Source: an uncultured Myxococcales bacterium
GTDB lineage: Bacteria; Myxococcota_A; Polyangia; Fen-1088
DNA: 64,000 nt
NCBI GenBank assembly: GCA_964589215.1
Contig: CAZPUH010000492.1
Coordinates: 10,221-74,220, forward strand
Direction of reading: 5' to 3'
Every line of letters begins with the position of its first letter. Position 1 is the first letter of the stretch. The translations under genes and the position numbers were made by a program. Positions 17,262 through 25,247 of this stretch are shown piece by piece. Below the pieces are notes generated by a model that was not told the origin of the DNA, ran no database searches, and saw nothing but the letters and a program-made list of their open reading frames with translations.

Positions 17262-17674
17262 CAGGCTTCGCCGATTTCGTACGCGTGCAGCTCCTCGCCG
17301 TCCGGCAGCACCACCAGGGTGGCCGGGTGGGGGTGCACGAGGTTGCCCAGGATCTGGCCGACCTGCTGCAGCCAGCCCTTTTCGGCCGCGTCGACCGACT
17401 TGCGGTGGATCGTGAAGATGACCCCCTTGCGGTCGCCGCCCAGGTTCACATCGATCCGCTTGACCGGCAGCGCGTCGCCGGCGATCGCCTCGACATCGAC
17501 CGGCGCCACTTCGACCACCCGCACGTGCTTGGTCGGCCGGTCGGCGTCCTTCGCGCGCTGTTCACAGACTGTGCAGCCATTCTTCACGGTGCGCGTGGGC
17601 TTGCCCAGGGTGGGGCAGCGACATTGGGCGATCACGCGCCCGCAGGAACAAATGACCGTCGCGTGTTCGTGCAT
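17261..17674 (-). CDS. hypothetical Cys-rich protein
   Basis: 137 aa, MHEHATVICSCGRVIAQCRC... A class I motif lies upstream. Confidence 0.6.
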   Translation of the reverse strand: MHEHATVICSCGRVIAQCRCPTLGKPTRTVKNGCTVCEQRAKDADRPTKHVRVVEVAPVDVEAIAGDALPVKRIDVNLGGDRKGVIFTIHRKSVDAAEKGWLQQVGQILGNLVHPHPATLVVLPDGEELHAYEIGEA

Positions 17675-17682
17675 CTGCCCCG

Positions 17683-17693
17683 GATACTACGCG
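17683..17693 (-). promoter_or_regulatory. class I promoter-like motif CGCGTAGTATC
   Basis: Exact 11-mer. TAGTAT ends 9 nt before ATG 17674. Confidence 0.6.
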
Positions 17694-17700
17694 CGGTCGC

Positions 17701-18453
17701 CTACCGGCGGGTGAAGTTCCGGCGCAGCGGCACCCCGCCCCCCTTAGGTGACCACTTCGCCAGCGCATCGCGACTAAACCACCACGCCATCACGCCGTCG
17801 CTCGTGGCGAAGACGGGGTAGTTCTTCACCTCCTCCTTGAACCGGCACCAGTGGCACGGGCAGGTCGACTCGTGCCCCTCCCATTCGCCGCCCGGAAAGA
17901 TCCAGGCGCCGTTGTTCATTTCGACCTCGAGCACCGGCAGGCCGACGTCCGGATCCGCCTTGTTCGAACCGGTCGTGAAGGACTCGACCTTCGGCCAGTA
18001 GGGCAGGTCGGCCTCCTTCACCCAATCGACCAGCGCCTCCTGGTATCCGTTGTTCTCGACCTGAATCCACTGCGGACCCAGCTCCTGATCGACGATGCCG
18101 ATCTGGCGTGCGGTCTCGGGCGAGCTCCAGGCGCCGAACCGGACATCCAGCAGCCCGCGCCGGTTGTTCGCCATCAGCCCCACGGTGACGATCGCCACGC
18201 CGGGCCGGCGCTTGCCGGACAGGTCGACCCCCGTGTAACAGAGCGGCTTGCGGGCCCGGAGCTCGCCGGCCGTCAGGCCGTGCTGGATGCATTTCTCGAA
18301 GCTGGGGAACTTCAGGTCGCCCGGCGCGACCGCCTGCATCAGGTAGCCCTTTTGGAAGGTCGCCATGTCGATCATGGCGTCCTGGAGCTTCTGCTTTCCG
18401 TGCTTCAACTCCCAGATCGGAAGAGACGGCAGCCGGATCGAGTGGTTCGGCAC
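17701..18453 (-). CDS. terL: terminase large subunit, nuclease (C-terminal) half
   Basis: RNase-H-like terminase nuclease pattern: YTGVDLSGKRRPGVAIVTV, IQVENNGYQEALVDWV, FTTGSNKADPDVGLPVLEVEM, TSDGVMAWWFSRDA. There is no ATPase domain in this ORF. Confidence 0.7.
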   Translation of the reverse strand: MPNHSIRLPSLPIWELKHGKQKLQDAMIDMATFQKGYLMQAVAPGDLKFPSFEKCIQHGLTAGELRARKPLCYTGVDLSGKRRPGVAIVTVGLMANNRRGLLDVRFGAWSSPETARQIGIVDQELGPQWIQVENNGYQEALVDWVKEADLPYWPKVESFTTGSNKADPDVGLPVLEVEMNNGAWIFPGGEWEGHESTCPCHWCRFKEEVKNYPVFATSDGVMAWWFSRDALAKWSPKGGGVPLRRNFTRR

Positions 18454-18456
18454 CGG

Positions 18457-19956
18457 CTACCCCGTCGTGAACGCGGGCGGCATCGGTGCCAAGGAATCGG
18501 CCAGCGCAATCGGCGGCACCACCGCGCCCGCCACGCCCGCGGGGACCGCCAGCGGCGAGACCGGCAGCAGCAATGGCGGGACCCGCGCCTCCACGACGCC
18601 CCACGCCACGTTGCGCCACCACGCGGCAACGTAGGCATCCTTTCTGAGCCCGTAGTCGGGCATCCAGGCGTGCTCGGCAGCGTCCAGGGCGACGATTACA
18701 GGCGCGTTCGCCGGCGCCCCGCTGTCATCCCCCTCGAGGACCATGTTCCGCAGCCTGCCGCCCCGGCCATCGCGAACCGCGAGCACCCAGCTGGCGGCCG
18801 CGCGCGCCGCCTGGCGGAAGTCCGCCGCCCAGGCGTCGACCGACCCGAAGGCTTCGACCGCCGCGGCCGTGAACGCCGGGCCAGGTCCGGCGGCGCCCGC
18901 GCCGCGCGCCAGCCCCTCGAAGTAGAGTTCGTGCAGGACGACCGCGTTGTGGACGGCCGGCAGGCGCCGGCGGGCGGCATCCGCGGGGCTGGGCCCCGCC
19001 TCCCGGCCCAGGAATTCGCCCACGGTGAAGTCCAGCGCAGTGAACGGCACTCGGCGGCCCACCCGTTTGATCGGCGCGGGTCCGTAGGCCATCCCCTGGC
19101 CCACCAGCATGTCCTCAACCGCCAGGAGCTTGGCCAGCGCGGCGGGCCGGTCGGCGTAGGTCTCCCGCCACCGCGAGCCGGGGTCCAGCCAGCAGGCGAA
19201 CGTCTCCGCCCAGTCCTCGTCGGGGTGCTTCTGGCCGTAGTGCGCCAACGGCGCGCTGGCGTTCTGCGCGATGTAGGACACGTAGGCATCGCTGGCGGCC
19301 GGGTCGGGCGTGAAGTCGTCCTGGTAGGGCGCCGCGAAGTTCCCGAAGGTCTCCCCCCACTTGATCCGCTGGTACAGCAGGTAGGCGTAGCCCAGGGCGT
19401 GTCCGAGCTCGTGACGCAGGATGCGCAGGACGTCGTCGACCGAGTACCGCAGGAAGTTGTCGTTCACCAGCGCCCAAAGGGCGTCGCTCGCCAGGTACCA
19501 GGGCAGGTTGATCGAGACCGCCTGATCGGCCGTCCAGAAGTCGGAGTCGCCCACGTACCAGGACGGCCGCCAGGTGATGCCGCGATCCTGCAGCTCCCCC
19601 TCCACCTGGGCGATGGCTTCGGCCAGCTTTCCGGTCGGCTCGAGCAACGGCAGGTCCCGCACCGGGGTGACCAGCAGCTGGTGGGCTTCCGCCGCTGGCA
19701 GCCCGCCGGTTGACCGCGCGCTGGCGCCAGCCACCGCGTCGAGCTCGGCCATCTCAACGACGTAGCGCCGATAGAGCTCCAGATGGTCGGCTAGCACCCG
19801 GTCGGAGATCCCGACCAGACCGCCCGTCAGGAGCGCCGTGAAATCACGCGGCGCGGCCGGTGCCGGCGCCTGCTTTTCCTCGGCGGCCCAGCGGCGCGCC
19901 ATCGCGGGGTGTGTCGCCCACATCCATCTTCGTTGCTTGGCGCTCTGCCATGGCAT
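18457..19956 (-). CDS. zinc metallopeptidase-like (HELGH) domain fused to a Fe/Mn-SOD-like domain
   Basis: RHELGHALGY. C-terminal FGSVDAWAADF...ASWVLAV...LDAAEHAWMPDYGLRKDAYVAAWWRNVAWGVV parallels the SOD pattern FGS.D..F..GSGW.WL..D.WEHAYY..R..Y...W.vvNW. Confidence 0.6.
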   Translation of the reverse strand: MPWQSAKQRRWMWATHPAMARRWAAEEKQAPAPAAPRDFTALLTGGLVGISDRVLADHLELYRRYVVEMAELDAVAGASARSTGGLPAAEAHQLLVTPVRDLPLLEPTGKLAEAIAQVEGELQDRGITWRPSWYVGDSDFWTADQAVSINLPWYLASDALWALVNDNFLRYSVDDVLRILRHELGHALGYAYLLYQRIKWGETFGNFAAPYQDDFTPDPAASDAYVSYIAQNASAPLAHYGQKHPDEDWAETFACWLDPGSRWRETYADRPAALAKLLAVEDMLVGQGMAYGPAPIKRVGRRVPFTALDFTVGEFLGREAGPSPADAARRRLPAVHNAVVLHELYFEGLARGAGAAGPGPAFTAAAVEAFGSVDAWAADFRQAARAAASWVLAVRDGRGGRLRNMVLEGDDSGAPANAPVIVALDAAEHAWMPDYGLRKDAYVAAWWRNVAWGVVEARVPPLLLPVSPLAVPAGVAGAVVPPIALADSLAPMPPAFTTG

Positions 19957-19965
19957 GCGCCCCAG

Positions 19966-19976
19966 GATACTACCGT
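19966..19976 (-). promoter_or_regulatory. class I motif variant (ACGGTAGTATC)
   Basis: Two mismatches in the GC-rich extension. TAGTAT ends 10 nt before ATG 19956. Confidence 0.45.
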
Positions 19977-20194
19977 CGTGTCGCCCGCCGTTGAAGCCGG
20001 TCGCGCTGGCCGATGACCAGACACTCCGGACAGGTCACCATCGACAGCTCCACCGTCAACGGCGCGGCCGGAGACCAATCCGCACCGCACCGCGCCCGGA
20101 AGTTCGGCCCCAGCAGGTGCATCACGCGCGCTGGCCTGTGGTCCGGCTTTTCCCTGCGGCCGAACAGGCGCCGCGCCCAGCTGAACAAGCCCAT
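19970..20194 (-). CDS. hypothetical protein
   Basis: 74 aa. A class I motif lies 6 nt upstream. Confidence 0.5.
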   Translation of the reverse strand: MGLFSWARRLFGRREKPDHRPARVMHLLGPNFRARCGADWSPAAPLTVELSMVTCPECLVIGQRDRLQRRATRR

Positions 20195-20199
20195 GCCCA

Positions 20200-20210
20200 G
20201 ATACTACGCG
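20200..20210 (-). promoter_or_regulatory. class I promoter-like motif CGCGTAGTATC
   Basis: Exact 11-mer. TAGTAT ends 6 nt before ATG 20194. Confidence 0.6.
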
Positions 20211-20237
20211 CTCACAGGAGCGTCAGCTGCGGCGGCA

Positions 20238-20735
20238 TCACGACGACCTCGTGACCGCGGTCAAGCCGACGCTCCTCGAGCGGCGTCTGCCGCAGCAGAC
20301 GGATCCGCCCTTCGGTCCGCTCCCAGTCTGCCGGCCACAGCATCCACGCGTAATCGGCGCTGTCGCCGCCGGACGCTTCGATTGACGCAGGAACTCGAAC
20401 GCCCACGTGTACGGCGGGTTGCTCAGCACCACCGCGACGTCAGGATCGGGCGCGTCGGTGACGTGCAGGAAATTCTCGATCCGCGCGTTGGCGCCGCACA
20501 GCCTGACTAACTCCGACCGTTCCTCCTCCCGAATCTCGAACGCGCGCCACTCCGGTGGCCGGTTGCCGGGCGACGCGTCCACGGTACGGATGATCGCGCC
20601 ATTGCCCGCGGCCGGCTCGACCCACGGGCCATGACGCGTCGGTCGCCATGCCTCGAGCAGACGTCGCACGCACCAGCTGGGCGTCGTGTAGAAGTCCTCT
20701 GGCTCTCGCGGGCCACCGCGGCCGGCGGCGCTCAC
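20238..20735 (-). CDS. DNA methyltransferase (NPPY class), apparently frame-disrupted after motif IV
   Basis: DFYTTP, VEPAAGNGAI (motif I), LSNPPY (motif IV). After AFEFLRQS this frame becomes R/C/G-rich nonsense, while the -1 frame (track ORF 20212..20406) reads protein-like. GTGA overlap at 20735. Confidence 0.55.
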   Translation of the reverse strand: MSAAGRGGPREPEDFYTTPSWCVRRLLEAWRPTRHGPWVEPAAGNGAIIRTVDASPGNRPPEWRAFEIREEERSELVRLCGANARIENFLHVTDAPDPDVAVVLSNPPYTWAFEFLRQSKRPAATAPITRGCCGRQTGSGPKGGSVCCGRRRSRSVGLTAVTRSS

Positions 20736-21457
20736 GAGTTGGCGACCTCGATCAGGACGCGTGCGTGGCAGACATCCGGCTCTCCCGGCGCCGGCAACGG
20801 GCACCAGCAGGCAAGGCTCCGACCCCTGAGCTCGCGCCGCGCCTGCGCGACCAGGTCCGGCATCCCTTCGAGCAATGCCCGGAACGCCTCCACGGCCGCC
20901 TCGCGCGTCGGATACCGCTCACAGACCCGGAACGGGTTGCCCCAGCGTCCCGGCCGGCTGACCACAATCGTGCCTTCAGGCTTCCGCCAGCCCTTCGCGC
21001 GCGAGAGCTGGATGCGCTTCGGCGGCGGCAACTGTGGGATCTCGACGGTCGCCCACGCCAGCATCCGCTTCCAGTAGGCGCCGTTCAGCGCGGGCGGGTC
21101 GAGCACCTGCGACCGACCGATCCACTTGTACCAGCGCACGCGCACCGGCGGACCGCCGCCGAGCAACTGCGGCTTGATCTCGAACTGCCAGCCGGTCTCG
21201 TTGCCGTCGTCGTCGACGTTGCAGTGCGGACAGCCGCCGTCACTGTCGTAGCAGTAGACGTGCATTCGAAAGCGGTCATTCTCAAAGTCGACGCCGTAGC
21301 CGTACCTCCCGCCAAGCGCACCGCCGCCCAGCTCGCCCAGACCAGCGCGCGCGAGTCGTTCCGTCAGGTCGCGCAGGTCGCGGGCGACGACGCCTTCCAG
21401 ATCTTCGCCCAGATCATCCGCGGTTGGCGCCGTGATGATGCGCAGGTCGTCCGGCAT
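20732..21457 (-). CDS. DUF4326 domain protein with N-terminal extension
   Basis: SRPGRWGNPF...LRGRSLACWCP...CHARVL is the DUF4326 pattern. Confidence 0.7.
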   Translation of the reverse strand: MPDDLRIITAPTADDLGEDLEGVVARDLRDLTERLARAGLGELGGGALGGRYGYGVDFENDRFRMHVYCYDSDGGCPHCNVDDDGNETGWQFEIKPQLLGGGPPVRVRWYKWIGRSQVLDPPALNGAYWKRMLAWATVEIPQLPPPKRIQLSRAKGWRKPEGTIVVSRPGRWGNPFRVCERYPTREAAVEAFRALLEGMPDLVAQARRELRGRSLACWCPLPAPGEPDVCHARVLIEVANS

Positions 21458-21463
21458 TCCGGA

Positions 21464-21474
21464 GATACTACGCG
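21464..21474 (-). promoter_or_regulatory. class I promoter-like motif CGCGTAGTATC
   Basis: Exact 11-mer. TAGTAT ends 7 nt before ATG 21457. Its TAG is the stop codon of 21468..22223. Confidence 0.6.
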
Positions 21475-22223
21475 GCGAGCTTCGGGTACGGCAGGCTCTT
21501 CGGCAGACAGCGGCGCAAGCTGCGGTCGAGAGCCCAGGCGTATTTGAGGTTTCCCGGGTGGCGCACCGGTCGCGTCAGGCGGTCGATGTCGCCGAGTTCG
21601 CCAGTCCCCCCGTAGCCGCGCAGCAGGCGAGAGACGTACTCGTGCCCGCGCTGCCGGTGCACCAGCTTCTGAATCGCCCGCCTCGGCAACACGCGCCCGT
21701 CCGGCAGCAAGCGCACGATCTCAGCCTTGCTCCGGCCGAGATAGACGCCATTCGTGGCCTGGTACACCGTGCCGACGTGGCCCGGGTGCACGAGCTCGCC
21801 CACGGCTGTCAGACGCGGCATGGGGTCCGAGAACGACACGATCCCCGCGACCTCGCGCCGGAGTTCTTCGAAGCATCGCGCGATAAACCAGGACTCCCCG
21901 TTTGCCGGCACATCGTCGAGCAACACGAGCCGGCCGAGTTCGGTGGCCTCGGTCGCCTTGACCGGAAAGACCTTCGTCAGCGTGACGTCATTCACCGGAT
22001 GAGAGAACACCGCCACACCCACCAGCTGTCCCGCGCGATAGAGCCCGAACCGGAACCGCGCGGCCGGAAAGCTACCAGAGTAGTGATGCCGGATGACGAA
22101 CGCCTTGGGCGTGTCGTCGTCTTCGATGCGGCCCACCTCATAGCGCCGCGTTTCGATCGGCTCACCGGCCGGACGGTACGACCCGCGCCGATCGCGCCAG
22201 CGCTGATTTACCGGTGTAATCAC
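21468..22223 (-). CDS. GNAT-fold, Mom-like protein (putative base-modification enzyme)
   Basis: FVIRHHYSGSFP, LVGVAVFSHP, ELGRLVLLDDVPANGESWF, SFSDP...GHVGTVYQATNGVYLG. This recalls the Mom-family/GNAT pattern from memory and is not verified. GTGA overlap start at 22223. Confidence 0.45.
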   Translation of the reverse strand: MITPVNQRWRDRRGSYRPAGEPIETRRYEVGRIEDDDTPKAFVIRHHYSGSFPAARFRFGLYRAGQLVGVAVFSHPVNDVTLTKVFPVKATEATELGRLVLLDDVPANGESWFIARCFEELRREVAGIVSFSDPMPRLTAVGELVHPGHVGTVYQATNGVYLGRSKAEIVRLLPDGRVLPRRAIQKLVHRQRGHEYVSRLLRGYGGTGELGDIDRLTRPVRHPGNLKYAWALDRSLRRCLPKSLPYPKLAA

Positions 22224-22426
22224 GGCGGCGCGGCGGTCTCCGTACCGCACTCGCCGCAGATGAATACGATCCGGATCAGATCGAGCGCCATCGGCTTGCG
22301 GCAACGTGGACACGGGCGCGGCGCTGGCGCCTTCGGACGTCCAACCCAGCCGGAGGGCAGAACCGGCGGCACATCATCGAGCTCACGCAGCCCTTCGCAA
22401 TCGCTGCATTCTCCCGTCGCGCACAT
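22220..22426 (-). CDS. zinc-ribbon small protein
   Basis: CSDC...CPRC...CGEC Cys pairs. 68 aa. Confidence 0.55.
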   Translation of the reverse strand: MCATGECSDCEGLRELDDVPPVLPSGWVGRPKAPAPRPCPRCRKPMALDLIRIVFICGECGTETAAPP

Positions 22427-22710
22427 CAGATGTTCCTCCGGCGGTAGGCTGCGCGCGCGAAATCCTCGGGACAGACGGTTGCCGTGTAGTCGGTCGGGAT
22501 CGCTCGCAGCCAGGCATCAGCGAAGCTCTCGAACCGTTCCGGCGCTGATTGCTCCAGCTCCCCCGTCTCGGTCTTGAACCAGCGGAACACCAGAATGCGG
22601 CCGGTCAGCAGGTCATCGTGGATGGTGATCAGCTCCGGCAGGATCGGCAGCGCTCCGGGCGTGACGTAGCCGGGGAAGCGGGAGACCAGGACGCGGGCGA
22701 TGGCGGTCAT
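22426..22710 (-). CDS. hypothetical protein
   Basis: 94 aa, MTAIARVLVSRFPGYV... ATGA overlap. Confidence 0.55.
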   Translation of the reverse strand: MTAIARVLVSRFPGYVTPGALPILPELITIHDDLLTGRILVFRWFKTETGELEQSAPERFESFADAWLRAIPTDYTATVCPEDFARAAYRRRNI

Positions 22711-22937
22711 CGCGGACCCCCGGAGTCCTGATCTGTCGTCTTCGGGATGGCTGTCGGAAGACGATCGGCGAGTTCCTGAAGCACGTGATACGCGCAGCGC
22801 GGCTGCTGCGGACACGGTTCATAGAGAGGTCGCCTACACATGCCTGATGCGACTCCAAATGCGCGCAGGACGAAACCTGCGGCTACGCTGGCCTCCCGCA
22901 ATAATTCGGCGTCGGCGCCGCTCGTTTCAGAATCCAT
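22707..22937 (-). CDS. hypothetical protein
   Basis: 76 aa from ATG 22937. Confidence 0.45.
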   Translation of the reverse strand: MDSETSGADAELLREASVAAGFVLRAFGVASGMCRRPLYEPCPQQPRCAYHVLQELADRLPTAIPKTTDQDSGGPR

Positions 22938-23097
22938 GGGCCGCCTTTTCCGCGCCGTCCGGCGTTCCCGCATTCCGAGCGACTCGGCGGCTTCCGTTCA
23001 CGCAGGCCGCGCACAGCTGACCGACGTCGGGCCCTACGATGACCACGCGCCCGGTGACGCCGCACGCGGTGCAGAATCCGCTGTTCGTCGTCTTCAT
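22927..23097 (-). CDS. zinc-ribbon small protein
   Basis: 56 aa, MKTTNSGFCTACGVTGR...CAAC. ATGA overlap. Confidence 0.5.
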   Translation of the reverse strand: MKTTNSGFCTACGVTGRVVIVGPDVGQLCAACVNGSRRVARNAGTPDGAEKAAHGF

Positions 23098-23384
23098 CGG
23101 GCGCCTCCATCCGGAGATCGCCACAGGATCGTGTTGGTACCGGAGAACACGAACGCCCTTTCGCCCAACCTGACGACCAGGTAACCCCGCAAGAAGCCAT
23201 CGCCGCGCGACGCATTCTCGATTCGCGTCGCCTGCCCGGCGGCCACGCGATGGTCCGTGTACGTCTTGTCGTGCAGCCAGGTCCGCCCCTTGCCGTCCAT
23301 GATGACGATCGCGAATTCGCGCTCTGCGGCGACCTTGGTCAGCCCAAGCGTCGCGATATCCCCGAGCCAATTCTCAGAAGCCAT
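23094..23384 (-). CDS. hypothetical protein
   Basis: 96 aa, MASENWLGDIATLGLTK... GAGGAG SD. Confidence 0.55.
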   Translation of the reverse strand: MASENWLGDIATLGLTKVAAEREFAIVIMDGKGRTWLHDKTYTDHRVAAGQATRIENASRGDGFLRGYLVVRLGERAFVFSGTNTILWRSPDGGAR

Positions 23385-23658
23385 GGGCGTTCTTCTCCTC
23401 AATGGCGGGCGCCGCGTCCGGCCCCGCGTCCGCCGCCGTGACAACCGGCGCCGCGTCGTCGTCGTCCGCCGAGCCGGCGATCTCGAAGCTGGGCGGCGGG
23501 GTCGTCTCGTGCACCGGCGCCGTCCAGATCGACGACCCAGCGCTGAGCGTTCCGACCGTCTCGACTGGCACCGGTGCATGCGCCGCACAGCCGGCCAGCC
23601 CCAGAAAGATTCCGAGCGCCAGCGCGAGCCGCATCACTCCGTGTTCCTGCCGGTTCAC
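23374..23658 (-). CDS. lipoprotein
   Basis: MRLALALGIFLGLAGC lipobox. Start is GTG 23658 (GTGA overlap) or ATG 23634. Confidence 0.6.
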   Translation of the reverse strand: MNRQEHGVMRLALALGIFLGLAGCAAHAPVPVETVGTLSAGSSIWTAPVHETTPPPSFEIAGSADDDDAAPVVTAADAGPDAAPAIEEKNAHGF

Positions 23659-24020
23659 AGCGCACCGTCCTGCTGTCGCTGCGCGCGATACTTCCGCATG
23701 AGCTCCTCGCCGGTCTCATGCTCGATCGGCGTCGTCTCCTCTTCGTCCGTCGCGACCGGAACGGCTTCGACCTCGGCGATCGGTGTACGTGCGCGGACGG
23801 CCGACAGCACCAGATCCCATGTCTCTTTACTCGGGGCGTTAACCTTCGCCTTCTTCGCAAAGATCGCTCGCTCCGGCACCGATAACGCGGCAAGAAACTC
23901 CGCGATGATCCGGTTTTGCTCGCTGGTCTCGCCGGTCGGAACGACCGACAAAATGGCCAGCACCTTGCGGCTGCGGGCCGCCTCTTCGTGCGGATTGCGT
24001 TTGCTGTTCGTCATCATCAT
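23655..24020 (-). CDS. hypothetical protein (candidate early gene)
   Basis: 121 aa, MMMTNSKRNPHEE... ATG lies 6 nt after the class III -10. Confidence 0.65.
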   Translation of the reverse strand: MMMTNSKRNPHEEAARSRKVLAILSVVPTGETSEQNRIIAEFLAALSVPERAIFAKKAKVNAPSKETWDLVLSAVRARTPIAEVEAVPVATDEEETTPIEHETGEELMRKYRAQRQQDGAL

Positions 24021-24026
24021 GAGACG

Positions 24027-24055
24027 AGCTTAGCGCCGTCCGTAAGTGTTGTAAA
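24027..24055 (-). promoter_or_regulatory. class III sigma70-like promoter TTTACA-N17-TAAGCT, leaderless
   Basis: The -10 ends 6 nt before ATG 24020. Shares a 19-nt block with the other two copies. Confidence 0.65.
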
Positions 24056-24074
24056 TGTTTTTTCGGGCGGCCGG

Positions 24075-24281
24075 TCAGGAAAGCTGGTTCCTTGCGATTT
24101 CTCGCTGCTTTCCAGCGACAGACGCCTGACACTTGCTGCAATTGGGACTGACATTGAATACGTGCTGACCGAGTTCGTGCGCGTCCTCGGCGATAGCTTC
24201 CGCGATCCGTCGTTCGAGCGCCACACGGTCTTCCTCCGCGCGGATCCGCTTGTCCATGCTGCGGCGCCAGCGGCGACTCAC
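24075..24281 (-). CDS. hypothetical protein
   Basis: 68 aa. GTGA overlap. Confidence 0.5.
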   Translation of the reverse strand: MSRRWRRSMDKRIRAEEDRVALERRIAEAIAEDAHELGQHVFNVSPNCSKCQASVAGKQREIARNQLS

Positions 24282-24454
24282 TCGTCCGGCTCCGGTTCAG
24301 ACGGCGCGATCTCGGCACTGCCGTACACGCGCGCGCCGTCCGGAGCCTGATGAAGAACGACCGTCACAGGCACCCCGTGTTTGGGGATCACGATGTCGTG
24401 CGCGTGCTGGACATCGTCGGCCGCGAAGTGAACGAAGAACCTCGGCGCGCTCAT
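24278..24454 (-). CDS. hypothetical small protein
   Basis: Own translation, 58 aa: MSAPRFFVHFAADDVQHAHDIVIPKHGVPVTVVLHQ... ATGA overlap. Below the track cutoff. Confidence 0.45.
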   Translation of the reverse strand: MSAPRFFVHFAADDVQHAHDIVIPKHGVPVTVVLHQAPDGARVYGSAEIAPSEPEPDE

Positions 24455-24978
24455 GTATGCGCGGCCTCCTGCTGTTCGCCCGCGTGCAGATCAGACCACG
24501 ACTTCCACCCGGCGGCCGTGAAGTCGCGCGAGTACACCTCGCTGCGCGGGAGCAGCGGCGTCTTGAAATCTGGCGCCGTAAAGACGCGGTAGTGCCACAC
24601 GTCGAAACGCTTTCCGTCCGGAGAGAACGGAGGCTCTGCCCAAATGAGCCGAGTCATTCCGTCGAAGAAGATCTCACACCAACGTTTCGCTTTAGCGTGG
24701 TCGTGCGGCGCCGACTGCATCGTCTCCCTGTCGAAGAACGACAGCGACAGATGAAGGCACTGATTGTAGTCGGGGTTTTTCCACCATCCCATCGCATGCA
24801 TGCCGGCGTCGCGCGTGTAGAGCAGCGTGCATCCGAACGCTGGCTCGACGCGGCGGCACCGATCGATGTACCTCGCCATGCGCCGGTCGCGATGGGCCAT
24901 CCCGTCGTAATAACCGTACTGCGCCACCCGTCGCATGTCGGAGGCAATCTCCTCCATCGTCTGGACGGGTCCGCTCAT
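24451..24978 (-). CDS. hypothetical protein
   Basis: 175-aa track ORF. ATGA overlap. Confidence 0.6.
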   Translation of the reverse strand: MSGPVQTMEEIASDMRRVAQYGYYDGMAHRDRRMARYIDRCRRVEPAFGCTLLYTRDAGMHAMGWWKNPDYNQCLHLSLSFFDRETMQSAPHDHAKAKRWCEIFFDGMTRLIWAEPPFSPDGKRFDVWHYRVFTAPDFKTPLLPRSEVYSRDFTAAGWKSWSDLHAGEQQEAAHT

Positions 24979-25247
24979 GTTCCACTGTACGGGCCCGCGA
25001 CCCGTCCCTTTCGCTCGGCGAAGAACTGCAGGATCTTCTCCGCTCGGTCAGCTGCGCGTCGTTCCGGATCTGCCTGCGCGATTTTCAGGATGCCGAGCAC
25101 CGCGTGGAACAGCGCCTCGCCCAGATTCTCCGGCGACGGCTCGGTCAGCAGCGCGGACGCGCGCGCGAAGCTGTGCTGGGCGGTTTCTAGCGCGTGCCGG
25201 AGTCGCTCGCCTGCTCGCCTGGTGTCGGCCGCCTTCGTTCCGTTCAC
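24975..25247 (-). CDS. hypothetical protein
   Basis: 90 aa. GTGA overlap with the Gp37/Gp68 stop. Confidence 0.5.
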   Translation of the reverse strand: MNGTKAADTRRAGERLRHALETAQHSFARASALLTEPSPENLGEALFHAVLGILKIAQADPERRAADRAEKILQFFAERKGRVAGPYSGT

